64,000 bases of DNA from Carcharhinus longimanus (taxonomy: Eukaryota), in assembly GCA_030264375.1 (NCBI GenBank), contig JASCQW010000001.1, positions 125,393,038 through 125,457,037 of the forward strand, in the 5' to 3' direction. A program made the translations under genes and the position numbers. Below are positions 22,962-35,415 of this stretch, piece by piece. Below the pieces are notes generated by a model. It was given only the letters and a program-made list of their open reading frames with translations. It ran no database searches and was not told the DNA's origin. Each line of letters starts with the position of its first letter. Position 1 is the first letter of the stretch.

Positions 22962-23087
22962 GGTGGAATTTTACAGGCATGTCTGCCCGAGGTTTGTACA
23001 ATTCTGCCTGAGGCCAATGGAAAATGTTGTTCTCTGAGCATTACACGCCCCCAGAATCGGGGCAGGCGTGCTGGTAAAATTCCAGCC
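22962..23087. mobile_element. MITE with ~28-bp imperfect terminal inverted repeats
   Basis: Left ggtggaattttacaggcatgtctgccc; reverse complement of the right end ggctggaattttaccagcacgcctgccc. Confidence 0.8.
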
Positions 23088-23568
23088 TATATTTGCATGA
23101 AAAATTTGCACATGAACAAATTGTTACCAATGTGACACTAATGTCGTAGTAATATCATTCCATTAGGGGACCATTCTAAGATTGATGATGGCAACCAACC
23201 TCGTTCTGAATCATTGGTGGAAAGCTGATTCATTGAGTATGTGAGATGTGCTGTTGGCGCAAACAATAATTCCACCACTTTTGATTATCATGGTAAAGTT
23301 CAGGTTGACCATTAAAATTTCACATGAAAATTCAATCATTTTGCAACGCGTGTTTCTTGTGCTAAGGACAAAAAATGGCAAACAGTGGCCTCCCCTGTTT
23401 AAAAACAAAGTTCATGACCTGACCCAGTCATTCCCATTCCTGCCTATTCCATGATTGCTACCATGGAATCACACTGTGGTCCCATTTTCTTTTGTCCACC
23501 TAAGCAGTATAAATCAAGTTGCATAATCTATATTATATTAGAACATTCAGCTGCCCAATTTTCTGTTT

Positions 23569-24150
23569 GGACAGCACGGTGGCACAGTGGTCAGCCCTAG
23601 GGACCCGGGTTCAACTCCAGCCTCGGGTATCTGTCTGTGTGGAGTTCACATGTTCATCCTGTGTCTGCGTGGGTTTACTCCCACACTCCAAAGATGTGTG
23701 GGTTAGATTGATTTATCATGTTAAATTGCCCGTTAGTATCGGGGGATTAACTGGGTAAACCCCTGGAGTATGGGGAGTGGGGCTGTTGTTGGTGCAGCTT
23801 CTTTCTGCAAATGTTTAGTTTTAATGTTTATTTATTAGTGTCACAAGTAGGCTGACATTGACACCGCAATGAAGTTACTGTGAAAGTCCCTTAGTCACCA
23901 CACTCCGGTGCCTGTTCAGATACACTGAGGGAGAATTTAGCATGGGCAATGCACCTAACCAGCATGTCTTTCAGACTGAGAGGAAACTGGAGCACCCAGA
24001 GGAAACGGGGAGAACCCAGATACAGGGAGAACATGTAAACTCCAAACAGACAGGAACACAAAGATGGGAATTGAACCCGGGTCCCTGGTGCTGTGAGGCA
24101 GCAATGCTAACCACTGTGCCACTATACAGTATATGGATTCTATGATTCTA
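23569..24150 (+). mobile_element. HE1-type V-SINE interrupted near its tail by another SINE
   Basis: Head ggacagcacggtggcacagtgg at 23569; body to ttctgca at 23809; tail ggattctatgattcta resumes at ~24128-24150. Confidence 0.8.
23810..24127 (-). mobile_element. V-SINE family B (same head and core, different 3' tail)
   Basis: tRNA head and V core as in HE1, but the tail reads ...cacagtaacttcattgcggtgtcaatgtcagcctacttgtgacactaataaataaac; same tail at 48888-49033. Confidence 0.85.
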
Positions 24151-24524
24151 AATGAATGAGATCATGGTTGATTTACATGTTAACATTCTGCTTTGGTTCC
24201 GTTATCATTTGATATCTCTACTAACAAAAATATACCAATTGCAGTTTTAAACTGTACAAACCTTTTTGGGTGAGAGAGTCCCAGGTTTACTTTACCTTAT
24301 GTGTGAAGACATGCTACTTGACAACACCCCTGAATGTCCTATTTTAATTGTGGAACATCGTCACAAGAACAACAACTTGTATTTATACAGTATCCATTGT
24401 GTGGACTATGAATTGGATTAAATTTGGATTAGTTTTTGGAGCATGCAGGGAAATGGGTTAAGGGCTTGAGCTGTTCACTTTGCATGTTGGCTTTGTAATT
24501 TTAATAAAGGAAAAAAGAGGAACA

Positions 24525-25270
24525 AAAAAAAATCTTTAATGCAATATACATTGGTCATGTTGCTCTCTGCAGTGCCTCAATACAGTTACATATAGTTAGG
24601 ATTAAACACACAGTCTGAGGGGTTTTACCTGGTTACGAGCACCTCAGTATACATTGGCTAAAATGCCTTACAAATTGGCCTTTCCCCATTGTGCCTTGGC
24701 TGCCTTTAGCTCTTGTATGAGCCTCAGCACATAGTCCTGGGCTCCAGAATGTACAAGTCTGCGATACTCAGGCAAGATAATTCTTTGCATTGGAAGACTA
24801 ACAAGTTTCGGGCAAACCAAAGAGCATCTTTCACCAAGCTGATGATCCTCCAGCACTAGTTTATGTTTGGCTCAGTCTGGGAACAGCCTGTAGATCACAG
24901 AACTGCTTGGGATGAACTTCTACAAATACCATTGCATCTCTCTCCAAACCGTCTTTGCAAAGGCACATTCCACATTGTGGAATGTGTCCCTTCAGACATG
25001 GTTTATCTTTGATCTCCAGATGAACTTGAAGATGGGGGCTTGGGTGACTGTAGCCTCCAGAGCCAGATTAGAATATGGGCCAGACTTGTGCCACAGACAA
25101 CAACATTGAGTGCACCTCACACCTGGTGATCAGATTCTCACCCACAACGGAGAGGGAGTACCACTCCCACATGCCCAGTTCCTGCCTCACCTTGGCAACG
25201 TGCTCCTCCCAGTTTTTAGCGCATGCCCCTGACACTCCAACCTACATCCCACAAATATTGAAATGTCTGT
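24525..25270 (-). mobile_element. Tx1-clade (L1-group) non-LTR retrotransposon, 3' part of ORF2
   Basis: Minus-strand translations give WRIISLVKDALWFARNLLVFQCKEL and RLVHSGAQDYVLRLIQELKAAKAQWGKANL*, matching the recalled Tx1 ORF2 C-terminus; frameshifted. Confidence 0.75.
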
Positions 25271-25389
25271 AATGATCTCATTACTGAATTGAAACATCTC
25301 AGAGTGCATCTGGATCTCTGGAGAAAATGTGAATATCATGATACTTTCCTATTATGACAATATGAAATGATTTTGTGATGTTTCTTTTA

Positions 25390-26295
25390 GATATCAGTTG
25401 TCGGTAAGACAAATGGTTAAAATCCTGCTCAAGATGCTAGCTTTTAAAGAGCTTCTTAAAGGAAGGGAGGTAGGAAGGCAGATGAGTTCTGGGAAGGAAT
25501 TCCCAAGCGTAAAGCCAAGATGCAGCCACCAATGGTGCTGCAATTAAAATTGGGGATGTTCAAGATACTAGAATTTAGATGAGTGCAGACACTCCAGAGG
25601 GCTGTGAAGCAGAAGGATTTTCAGAGATAGGTCAGGCATGGCAATGGAAACATTTGAAAATAAGGAAGGGAATTTTAAATTTGAGTGGTTGCTCAAACAG
25701 AAGCTAATGTAAATCAGCAAGAACAGGGGTGATTGGTGGAACGGACTTGGTGCAATTAAGGTCCCAGGCATTAGATTTTTGGATGACCTCAAGTTTACCC
25801 CAAGATGGTAAGATGTTGGCGCCCAGCCATGAGTGAATTGGAATAATGGAGTTCAGAGTAACAAAGGCATAAATGAGGCTATGAGTAGCAGATGAGCTGA
25901 ATCAGGGATGGAGCTGGGTTATGTTGTGGACGTGGAAGTCTTTGCGATGGCATGGATACACATTCAGAAACCCTTCTCATGATGAATGACGATACCAAAA
26001 TTTTCCAACTCTTCCTGCTGGCGGGAATATTCCCCAGCAATGGAAGGTGTGGGACCCGAAAATTCCACCTCTAGCCAATGGCGGACCAACTCCTCCGCTG
26101 GAAAATAGGCCCCGGGAGGAAGGGGAGGGCAGAAAATCTCACCCAAAATCTGGTTTAGTCTCAGTTGCCAAGGAGATAGACCAATTCAGTAGCTAGACAA
26201 TGAAGTTTGAAGCAGAGCCTTAAACAATGGCAATAGTTTTCCCAATACTTCATCCAAGAAAATTTCTGCTCATCCAAGTAATGGATGCCAGATGT
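25390..26295 (-). mobile_element. L2-type LINE 3' region, decayed, interrupted by a MITE-like insert
   Basis: Colinear similarity with 7271-8010 (ggaattcccaagc...ccaccaatggtgctgcaattaaaattggggatgttcaaga; acaatggcaatagttttcccaat). Confidence 0.65.
25997..26144. mobile_element. MITE-like insert
   Basis: GC-rich ~150 bp bounded by aaaattttcc and gaaaatctcaccc inside the L2 remnant; termini resemble 22962-23087. Confidence 0.45.
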
Positions 26296-26688
26296 CAAGA
26301 AAATTGTTTCGGTTTTATTTAATCTACCTAAACATTTAATCACCTTAAACACCCTAATTCGATAACTCTTGACCTTCTGTCTTCATTGAACATAAGTCTA
26401 GTCTATGTTCTTATAATTTAAGCCTTTTAATCTTGTTATCATTCTGGTGAACCTATTTTGTAATTCCACCAAGGCTAATGCATTTTTCCTGAGGTGTGGT
26501 GTCCAAAATTGACTGCGGAATGTGACTATCAAGATGATGATATCTTCTACTATATTTATATTTACAGGAAGCAGATTCTATATAATTAAAGAAAATGTTT
26601 TGCTTATTTATATTTCCAATTAATTTTTTGTGGCCTGTAATGCTTCCTGTCACATTCAGTGAATGGATGAGAATGACTTGGTCATAGA

Positions 26689-26906
26689 GGGTGGCATAGT
26701 AGCATGTGATTTAGCCCTGCTGCCTCACAGCACCAGGTGTCCGGATTCAATTCTGGCTTGGGTCACTGTCTGTGTGGAGTCTACATGTTTTCCCTGTATC
26801 TGTGTGGGTTTCCTCCGGGCACTCTGATTTCCTCCCAAAGTCTAAGAGACGTGCTGGTTAGGCGCATTGGCCGTGCTAAATTCTCCTTCTGAACAAGCAC
26901 TGGAGT
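26689..26906 (+). mobile_element. V-SINE family B, truncated by gap
   Basis: Degenerate tRNA head, V core, then gctaaattctcc...gaacaagcactggagt as in 23810-24127. Confidence 0.8.
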
Positions 26907-27006
26907 NNNNNNNNNNNNNNNNNNNNNNNNNNNNNNNNNNNNNNNNNNNNNNNNNNNNNNNNNNNNNNNNNNNNNNNNNNNNNNNNNNNNNNNNNNNNNN
27001 NNNNNN

Positions 27007-29066
27007 TAATTTCACCTGCCAGTGTAAACAACTTCCCTTCATAATCTTATATGTTTCTATAAGATCTCCCTCATTCTTCTCAATTCCAATGAGTATAGCC
27101 CAAGTCTACTCAGTCTTTCCTCATAAGCCCCCCTCTCAACTCCAGAATCAACCTAGTGAATCTCCTCTGCACCCCCTCCACTCCCAGTATATCTTTTCTC
27201 GAGTAAGGAGACCAAAGCTGTGCACAGTACTCTAGGTGTGGCCTCACACGCACCTTATACAGCTGCAACAAAACCTCGCTGTTTTTAAACCACATCCCTC
27301 TATCAATGAAGGACAAAATTCCATTTGCCTTCTTAATTACCTGCTTCACCTGAAAACCAACTCCTTGAGATTCCTGCATAAGGACATCCAGGTCCCTCTG
27401 CAGAGCAGCATGCTGCAATTTTTTTACCATTTATTCAGACCAAAATGGACGACCTCACATTTACCAACATTGTACTCTATCTGCCAGACCCTCACCCACT
27501 CATTTAGACTATCTATATCCCTTTGCAGACTTTCAGCATCCTCTGCACATTTTGCTCTACCGTCCATCTTAGTGTCATCTGCTAATTTTGACACACTACA
27601 TTTGGTCCCCAACTCCAAATCATTAACGTAAATCGTAAACAATTGTGATCCCAACACTGATCCCTGAGGCACACCGCTAGTCACTGATCGCCAACCAGAA
27701 AAACACCCATTTACCTCACTCTTTGCTTTCTGTTAATTAACCAATCCTCTATCCATGCTAACAGATTACTCGTAACACCGTGCACTTTTATGTTATGTAG
27801 CAGTCTTTGGTGCGGCACCTTGTCAAATGCCTTCTGGAAATCCAGATACACCATATCCACAGATTCCCCATTGTCCACTGTACATGAAATGTTCTCAAAG
27901 AATTCCACCAAATTAGTCAGACATGACCTGCCCTTCATGAACCCATGCTGTGCCTTACCAGTGGGACAATTTATATCTACATGTCTCGCTTTTTCTTCCT
28001 TGATGATAGATTCAAGCATTTTCCCTATTACAGAAGTTAAGCTAATCAGCCTATAGTTACCTGCCTTTTGTCGACCTTTTTTAAACAATGGTGTCACACT
28101 TGCTGTTTTCTAATCTGTGGGAACCACCCCAGAGTCCAGCAAATTTTGCCCAACACTATCTCTTCCGTGATAATAATAGTTTCTAGGTTCTCATCTGCCG
28201 TAGCCTTGCTGTCGTCAATTTTTGGCATTTTATTTGTGCCTTCCATTGTGAAGACCGACACACAATACCTGTTCAATGCCTCAGTCATTTTCTCATTTCC
28301 AATTATTATATTCCCCCTCTCATCCTCCAAAGGGCCAATGTTTACTTCAGCCACTCTTTTTTGTTTATATATATTGTTTTTATATTTTTACAAGTTTCTA
28401 CTAATATCTGTTTTGATATCCTGAGCTCATTTACTCTCATAATCCATTTTACTTTTCTTTATAGCTTTTTTTGTGTCTTTCTGCTGACCTTTTAAAGATT
28501 TTCCAATCCTCTAGGTTCCCACTAATCTTTGCCATTTTGTATGTAATTTCTTTCAATTTGATACCCTCCTTTATTTCCTTAGATATCTATGGCTGATTAT
28601 CTCTTTTTCTACAGACCTTCCTTATCACTGGTATATACTTTTGCTGAGCACTGATCGCTTTGAAAGTCCTCCTTTGTTCCTCAGTTGTCCCACCATAAAG
28701 TTTTTGCTCCCAGTCTGCCTTACAAACTCCTCCCTCATCTCTTTGTAGTCTCCTTTCTTTAAGCACAAGGCACTGGTATTGGATTTTACCTTCTCACGCT
28801 CCATCTGTATTTTAAATTCAACCATACTGTGATCACTTCTTCCAAGAGGATCCCTAACTGCAAGATCNNNNNNNNNNNNNNNNNNNNNNNNNNNNNNNNN
28901 NNNNNNNNNNNNNNNNNNNNNNNNNNNNNNNNNNNNNNNNNNNNNNNNNNNNNNNNNNNNNNNNNNNTCACTTCTTCCAAGAGGATCCCTAACTGCAAGA
29001 TCATTAATTATTCCTGTCTCATTACACAGGACCAGATCTAGGAGAACTTTCTCCATTGTTCCTTGG
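27007..29066 (-). mobile_element. CR1 LINE ORF2 fragment (endonuclease end/linker plus RT), frameshifted
   Basis: Minus-strand ORFs: LDLVLCNETG...DPLGRSDHSMVEF; TPLFKKG...NYRLISLTSVIGKMLE...YLDFQKAFDKVPH; TSGVPQGSVLG...LADDTK; [14 protein letters not shown]. Confidence 0.95.
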
Positions 29067-29354
29067 TCTCTTATCAAACACTTCTATTATAATTATTACA
29101 GTACTATTCTTTTTTTTAGTCCCTACCTCGGTATTAAGCAATGAATTACTTTAATAGATTGAAAATACGCACAGGGTTATTCACCAATCAGCTGCTTTGG
29201 TCCCACATCACTTTCTGAACTCCATTCCCAGAAGAGTGTCCCTCACAGGTCCAGTGCTCTCCGCTCCACGAAGATAAGTGGGGGCTCCAAGCGTCACGCT
29301 CCCTTTACCCTCCACTCCCAGAAGAATGTCCCTCTCCACTCTGTGAATGTAAGG

Positions 29355-29580
29355 CACAGCTGAGCCTTCAGCTGGCTGGCGCTAAAATCAGTAATTCCTT
29401 CCCTCAACCTCTGTGCCTTTCTCTTCCTCCTATAAAATATAAAATGGACCTTTTCAACCACGCTTCTGCTTGCATGCCTTGTATCTCCTTATGAGTTTCA
29501 ATGTCAGTTTTTTTTTGACAATACTCATGTAAAGCACCCTGAGACTTTTTACTTTGTTAACGATATTATATAAATTGTTG
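29355..29580 (+). mobile_element. L2-type LINE 3' terminus
   Basis: gccttcagctgg...aattccttccctcaacctct...gtaaagcaccctgagacttttt...tatataaattgttg; homologous to 47830-47995 and 35220-35415. Confidence 0.55.
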
Positions 29581-29744
29581 TCAGTAATTAGTACCTCTGC
29601 TATAACATTTTAGACAACAGCAAGAAGTGCATTATTGTTAGTAAGTATGCCCTCATGCACAATGTTGTGTTTGTACTTGGAAAGTTGATTTTATTTCCAA
29701 TGCCACACATACAGTAGATTCAAATATATTGGAATATGGAGCCA

Positions 29745-30335
29745 TAGGGGATACGTTTTAGCCCCATCTGGGACTGGAACAGATGTGAAATTTTGCGCAG
29801 GTCTATGTGCTGATCTCTTGGCTCTTTCCCATTCCTGAGCCATTTTCTTGGGAGCACGATGTTGGAATGCAGGGATTTGGTTGGCGGGGCAATCACCCAT
29901 GAATTTGGATTTTACAGTTGGCCTCCTGATTCTTGGATGCAGTGGTGGCAGACAGTTTAGTTGCCTGCAGGCTGAGGGACTGATGCTCAAAGCAGACTTA
30001 AAGGCAGCTATGCCTGTCTTGGCGAAGCAGGTCTCCCTGTACTCAAAGTGGGGGCAAGGGTGCAAAGGCCTTTTTATAATTTAAGTCTTGAAGAGATTGG
30101 AGAGAGAGCGTTCTGAAGTGGCTGTCCATCACTTACCTGTCATGAAATCCTGTGATTGTGCCTCCAACTGTGAGAGCCCAACCTTCTCAATTAGTTGGCA
30201 AGCTTGCCCTTTGGCCACTATTTGGCAACTCTGAAAGAAAATCCCATTGACTGACTGCTTCCCACACAGTGTGGACTTTTGACTCCTATTTGAACATGAC
30301 AGTGGAGTTCAGAAGCTTCAAGGAAAACCCTGCTC
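29745..30335. mobile_element. Degenerate GC-rich MITE-like element
   Basis: GC-rich island ending ggaaaaccctgc, compositionally similar to 6540-7003; TIRs poorly preserved. Confidence 0.3.
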
Positions 30336-31589
30336 ATAGAACTATAAAATAGTTATTGCATACTTGGAGGCTAGAGGCCCATCGAATCCAGGCTGTCTGT
30401 GGAGTGGTCCAGTCAGTCACATTTCCCTCACGGGCCCATCCATTTTCCTTCTGAAATCATTGTCACTGCTCTAGGCAGCAAGTTAAGGACAATATTATTT
30501 GTTGCGTAAAATAGTTCTAACATCTACAGATTGTCTTGTTAATAATGATTATATGATGAAGTTTAGGATAAGTTCCTTGAGGTTGTAGTGATGGCAAGGA
30601 CACACATTGCACCCAAGTTTAAGTTTGAATTTTGATGAATTCTCCCATGTTGAATTTAGATTTAGTCTTGGAGAGATGTTAACTAATATGCTGTACTATT
30701 TTAATTTGAGTTCATCTGGATTGTGATCTGAAAATTTCTGAAGTCTTGATTTTTTTTTTGAAGGGATTGAAAAATCTTAGCTCATTTGTATTACAAATTT
30801 GTGAAACAGGCCTTGAAAAGGTTGGCATGGATAAAAAGCAAATTAAATTTTCAGAAAAGAAAGGCTTTATCAGCAGTGACAGGATGGGAAAGATGATTGC
30901 CACTTGGTCATAGTGCTAAAGCAGACTTGCTGTCAATGCTTTGGCTAATGAGGACTAATGTTTTTCTTGGATCAAACCCATGCTCAAATGTACTTGCTGC
31001 AGTGGAGTAAGAACAGACTGTATGATGTTGAAGAATTGAGACAATGAATGGTCATGTCTTGTTAAAACAGACAGCTCTGTTTTGAATGTTTATGACTATA
31101 CTTATGCAGTGGAGCTGAATTATTTTTGCTATTATCTATACCATATTGAGTTGTAATTAGTTTCTCAATAATAGTTTGAAAAGATTTGTTGAATGCCTGA
31201 TAAAAGTGTGTTCAGTCATCTGTTGCATTAAATAGTAGTGGGTACAGAAATATAATGAAAATGTGCTATCAGACCTGAATATAAGAAATTAAGCTCCTCA
31301 TTTTCTCTTACCTATCATAAACTTCTCTTTTCATGCTATTTTGCACTTATTTTATACTGGAAACTTTGCCTTCCATGTCACAGAAATTAACCCAATCTTA
31401 ATGCAACAAATAGGTGCTTACATATCTTAGTCTGCTTGAAACTATAGCATATTTTGTAAAACAAACATGCAAAAAGAAGGGTAAGAAATCAGTTCACTCC
31501 TTAACTCGTAGCCATGTAATTTCCTGAAAATGCAAAGAGGGAAAAATAAATCAGGAAGAATTCTTAAGGCAATCAGCCAACTTTACAAG

Positions 31590-33022
31590 AGCCCTCCCAC
31601 TGGTACTCAGTGGCATTGTCATCACTAAATCTCTCACCAACAACATCCTGGGTGTTAATCGTATATTGGTCATGCTAGCTATACACAGGTGGAAGGCATT
31701 AATTAGATTGTTGTTTGAGCACATTTAAAGCGACACAGACATGGGTGAGGGCTGAATTTGGAGGTATTTATTTGTAATAAACTAAATTAAAATTGAGTCA
31801 AGATTGGCTCTAGTATTATCCTTCACCAGCTGGCTATCAGAGCTCACCTGGGGATCAGTCAATTGGATTGACTATAAGCGCAAGTCAGAAGCTGGAAATT
31901 CAGCGATGAGTAACTTGCTTGTTGACTTCCAAAAGTCTGTCCGCCATCTACAGCAAGCAAGTCAAGAGTGTAATGGAATACCATCCACTTGCCTGGAACA
32001 TAGAACATTACAGCGCAGTACAGGCCCTTCGGCCCTCGATGTTGCGCCGACCAGTGGAACCAATCTAACTTAAACTATGCCAATATTATCCATATGCCTA
32101 TCCAATGACCATTTGAATGCCCTTAAAGTTGGCGAGTCCACAACTGCTGCAGGCAGNNNNNNNNNNNNNNNNNNNNNNNNNNNNNNNNNNNNNNNNNNNN
32201 NNNNNNNNNNNNNNNNNNNNNNNNNNNNNNNNNNNNNNNNNNNNNNNNNNNNNNNNNNNNNNNNNNNNNNNNNNNNNNNNNNNNNNNNNNNNNNNNNNNN
32301 NNNNNNNNNNNNNNNNNNNNNNNNNNNNNNNNNNNNNNNNNNNNNNNNNNNNNNNNNNNNNNNNNNNNNNNNNNNNNNNNNNNNNNNNNNNNNNNNNNNN
32401 NNNNNNNNNNNNNNNNNNNNNNNNNNNNNNNNNNNNNNNNNNCCCTTAAAGTTGGCGAGTCCACAACTGCTGCAGGCAGGGCATTCCACGCCCTTACTAC
32501 CCTCTGAGTAAAGAATGTACCTCTGACATCTGTCCTATAATTATCACCCTGGATGAGCGCAGCTCCAACAACCTTTCAGTTGCTTGATACCAGCAGGATA
32601 AAGCTGCCAGCTTGATTGGCACCCCATCCACTGCCTTAACCATTTACTCCCTTCACCATTGTTGCACAGTGATAGTGTGTTCTCCTAGATGTACTGCAAT
32701 GCTTATCCAAGCTCCTTCAACAGCATCTTCCAAACATGTGAACTCTACTACCTAGTACAACAACCACAGGCACATGGAAACACCATCACTTACAAATTCC
32801 TTTCCAAGACATACATTGAACTGGCTTGGACATATCACTTTCTGCCACTGCTTCTTGGATCAACATTTTGGAACTCCCTTTCAAATAACATGTGGGTGTA
32901 CGTACACAATATGGACTACAGCATTCTTAAGATGCGGCTCACCACCAACTTTTCAGAGCAATTAGGGATGAATAAAAAACTGACCTTACTAGTGATGTCA
33001 TGTCCCTTAAATGAATAAAAAG
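31590..33022 (+). mobile_element. Decayed LINE 3' region of a non-HER1 CR1/L2-group family, split by a CR1 insertion
   Basis: Joined flanks translate to ...KQVKSVMEYHPLAW|MSAAPTTFQLLDTSRIK..., the RT C-terminal YKAQVRSVMEYxPLAW motif; 3' end ...gtcccttaaatgaataaaaa. Confidence 0.7.
31998..32547 (-). mobile_element. CR1 3' end inserted in the older LINE, flanked by CCTGGA direct repeats
   Basis: acatagaacattacagcgcagtacaggcccttcggccc tail; minus-strand peptide LPAAVVDSPTLRAFKWSLDRHMD; CCTGGA at 31992-31997 and 32548-32553. Confidence 0.85.
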
Positions 33023-33237
33023 TTGTCTTTTTCTGCTCATAATCCACAAATTAGACTGTATTCCTGTTTAATAGGAAATAATGTTTCTTCGCAAGAACTT
33101 GTACAGTTCTGTTTTTAAAACTAGCAAATTAATGTCCATCACGTTTTGAGAGTGGTTGATATTTTGAGACTTTTTTTAATTCTTTGCTTAGAGATTTTCT
33201 TCACATGTCCTCTAGTCCTACTATTGCCATTCATCAC

Positions 33238-33525
33238 AATAAGAACATAAGAACATAAGAAATAGGAGCAGGAGTAGGCCATCTGGCCCTTCGAGCCTGC
33301 CCCGCCATTCANNNNNNNNNNNNNNNNNNNNNNNNNNNNNNNNNNNNNNNNNNNNNNNNNNNNNNNNNNNNNNNNNNNNNNNNNNNNNNNNNNNNNNNNN
33401 NNNNNNNNNNNCCACACCCTCCGCACAATTTGCCGTTCCCCCAATCTTGGTGTCATCCACAAATTTCGACACCCTACACTCGGTTCCCACCTCCAGATCA
33501 TCTATATAAATGGTAAAAAGCTGAT
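33238..33525 (-). mobile_element. CR1 LINE (tail and RT fragment separated by a gap)
   Basis: (ATAAGAAC)n tail with aggagcaggagtaggcc; after the gap the minus-strand peptide VSKFVDDTKIGG. Confidence 0.85.
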
Positions 33526-34283
33526 ATAATTCTTTGTTTTAAAATGTCAGTCATATTGCTGCTAAACCTCCATTTATCCAAAGTCCGCAGCTCTAACGCT
33601 TGGAGCCTGTCTCCATGATTAAGAGCCCACGGTCTGGTTGTTATTTTTGTTACTTCCTATATGCTTTCTGAAGATTCCAATATTCTTCATTGGATCTCAT
33701 CATAATTCTCCAATTCTGGATGTAGCAGAGCCTTATCTAGTTTATGTATAGCTTTCTTTGATTTATATTAACTGATCCTACTGATCTAACCTAAAATTCT
33801 ATTTTCTATCTATATTGCCATCTCATATGAATTGTGACCAGGCACCATTCAAAATATTCCCATTAATAACAACCTTTATGAAATTTAAATCATTTACCTG
33901 TCCTAACATACCATTTCTAAAAGTTTTTCATGGAGTACTTTATTCAAACTCTCTTTAGAAATCAAAGTATTTGCCATCATAGAATGACAATGAACTACCA
34001 AATTGATCACTTTTTATTCTAGAGATTTAGAATGTTTTTGTCCATCATAGATTTAAATATTCTCCATTTTCCCTCTCATGGAGATTATCATTGAGCATGC
34101 CACACTGAACCTTCCCTAATAATTCCCTCAATGTTTAAAAGTTAATTTTTAAAGTGTTAATCACACTCTCTATTGCATCTCAATCTCATCTTCTAAAACC
34201 ATCTATCAGTCCAGCGTCACCCTCAAGGTCAAAAGCAATCATCAGCTTTTTGCAAGTATCATTGGTCTCTGAAAGCCACACAG

Positions 34284-35048
34284 TGTGAAGATACTTTTGA
34301 GTCATGTTTCTTGTGCAGGATTTGTTTTAGCGGTTTGTTTTATTATTGCTGCCATTTTGTCTGCATATTGTTACTGCAGCAGCATCTTAACTGATAGAAT
34401 GTTTGTTTTAATCTGGCTTAATGCAGTGCAGTTATTTTAGTGTTTTCTCCTAGGGGTTTGGAGAGTGGGCTTGATTTGGTTGATTGAATCATGTGACTGG
34501 GTGGAGCTAGGCTTACACAGAAAAATCAAATCAGCTGTTGCTTGGAAGCTGCGATAAGAAGTAGCCCTTTTTTTCTTTGCAGTTTGGAGACTGGAATCTG
34601 CCAGAAATTAGGTTTATTTCTCTGAAAGTCTGCTTTTGAGGATATATTCTACTCTGAAAATTGCCGCATGAGAGTCAGAAGGCAGGTGTCTTTCTATATC
34701 TGCCTGGGGGGGGGCGGAAAAGGCTGGAAATCTAGCATCCACATGAGATTCTGTTTTTGATGCATATTGGTTCTGAAGTATGATTTATGTTTATGGGAAT
34801 ATTGCTGAAATTGGAATTATAGAGATAGATAGCTGTTAATATTTGAATTGATAAAAGTTTATTTTTGCTCTCTTCTAAACATGTTCTTAAATAACGGTTG
34901 TTTCAATAAAAGCTTCCTAGTGGGTCAATTGAATCATACCTCGAGCGAAACACCTTATGCTCACCCTAATATCAAAATCAAAAAAAAGGTTGGGATATAG
35001 GCTGACTTCACAATATACCTAGGAGTTTCTGATTTGGTCCCTAATAAC
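34284..35048 (+). mobile_element. Probable solo LTR
   Basis: Begins TGTGA, has AATAAAA at ~34905 and ends ...tttggtccctaataac; flanks acag/ccag could be a degenerate 4-bp TSD. No internal coding sequence. Identification rests on general architecture. Confidence 0.5.
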
Positions 35049-35219
35049 CCAGAGATTACGGCACAGGTAGCTCACAAATTGCTCCCTTTAAGATAGTGTG
35101 TGTCTGCTGTGCACAAAAAAAATTGAAAGGTGCCACACACTTAGATGAATAGGTCTCACAGCAAAAAGAATTAGAAGAAACATTGACTGCTACCAACTGT
35201 ATTTTTAAAATACTCTCTT

Positions 35220-35415
35220 ATTCATGGAAATTCCACTCCTAAATCCTCGAGCTGTCCATTTTCATTTCCTTTGTTAAGTGCCTCGTAACCATTTTCACTT
35301 AAGTTTTTGATCATCATTCTTAACTGCTCTGTTCATTACACATCTATTTTTAGTTACCCATCTGTGAAGTGCTTTGGGATAGTTCTATTCATTAAAGGCA
35401 ATGTATAAACGCATA
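35220..35415 (+). mobile_element. L2-type 3' terminus
   Basis: tgtgaagtgctttgggatagttctattcattaaaggcaatgtataaacgca, an L2-like tail. Confidence 0.5.

Noticed and set aside
25391-25403. 13-nt microexon (ttttag|ATATCAGTTGTCG|gtaaga)
   Set aside because: Lies at the edge of an antisense L2 remnant, is not frame-preserving, and has no further support.
28832-29002. Direct repeat in CR1 (similar cases at 32120-32478 and 38511-38661)
   Set aside because: Identical or one-mismatch sequence on both sides of N gaps; assembly artefact, possibly allelic.
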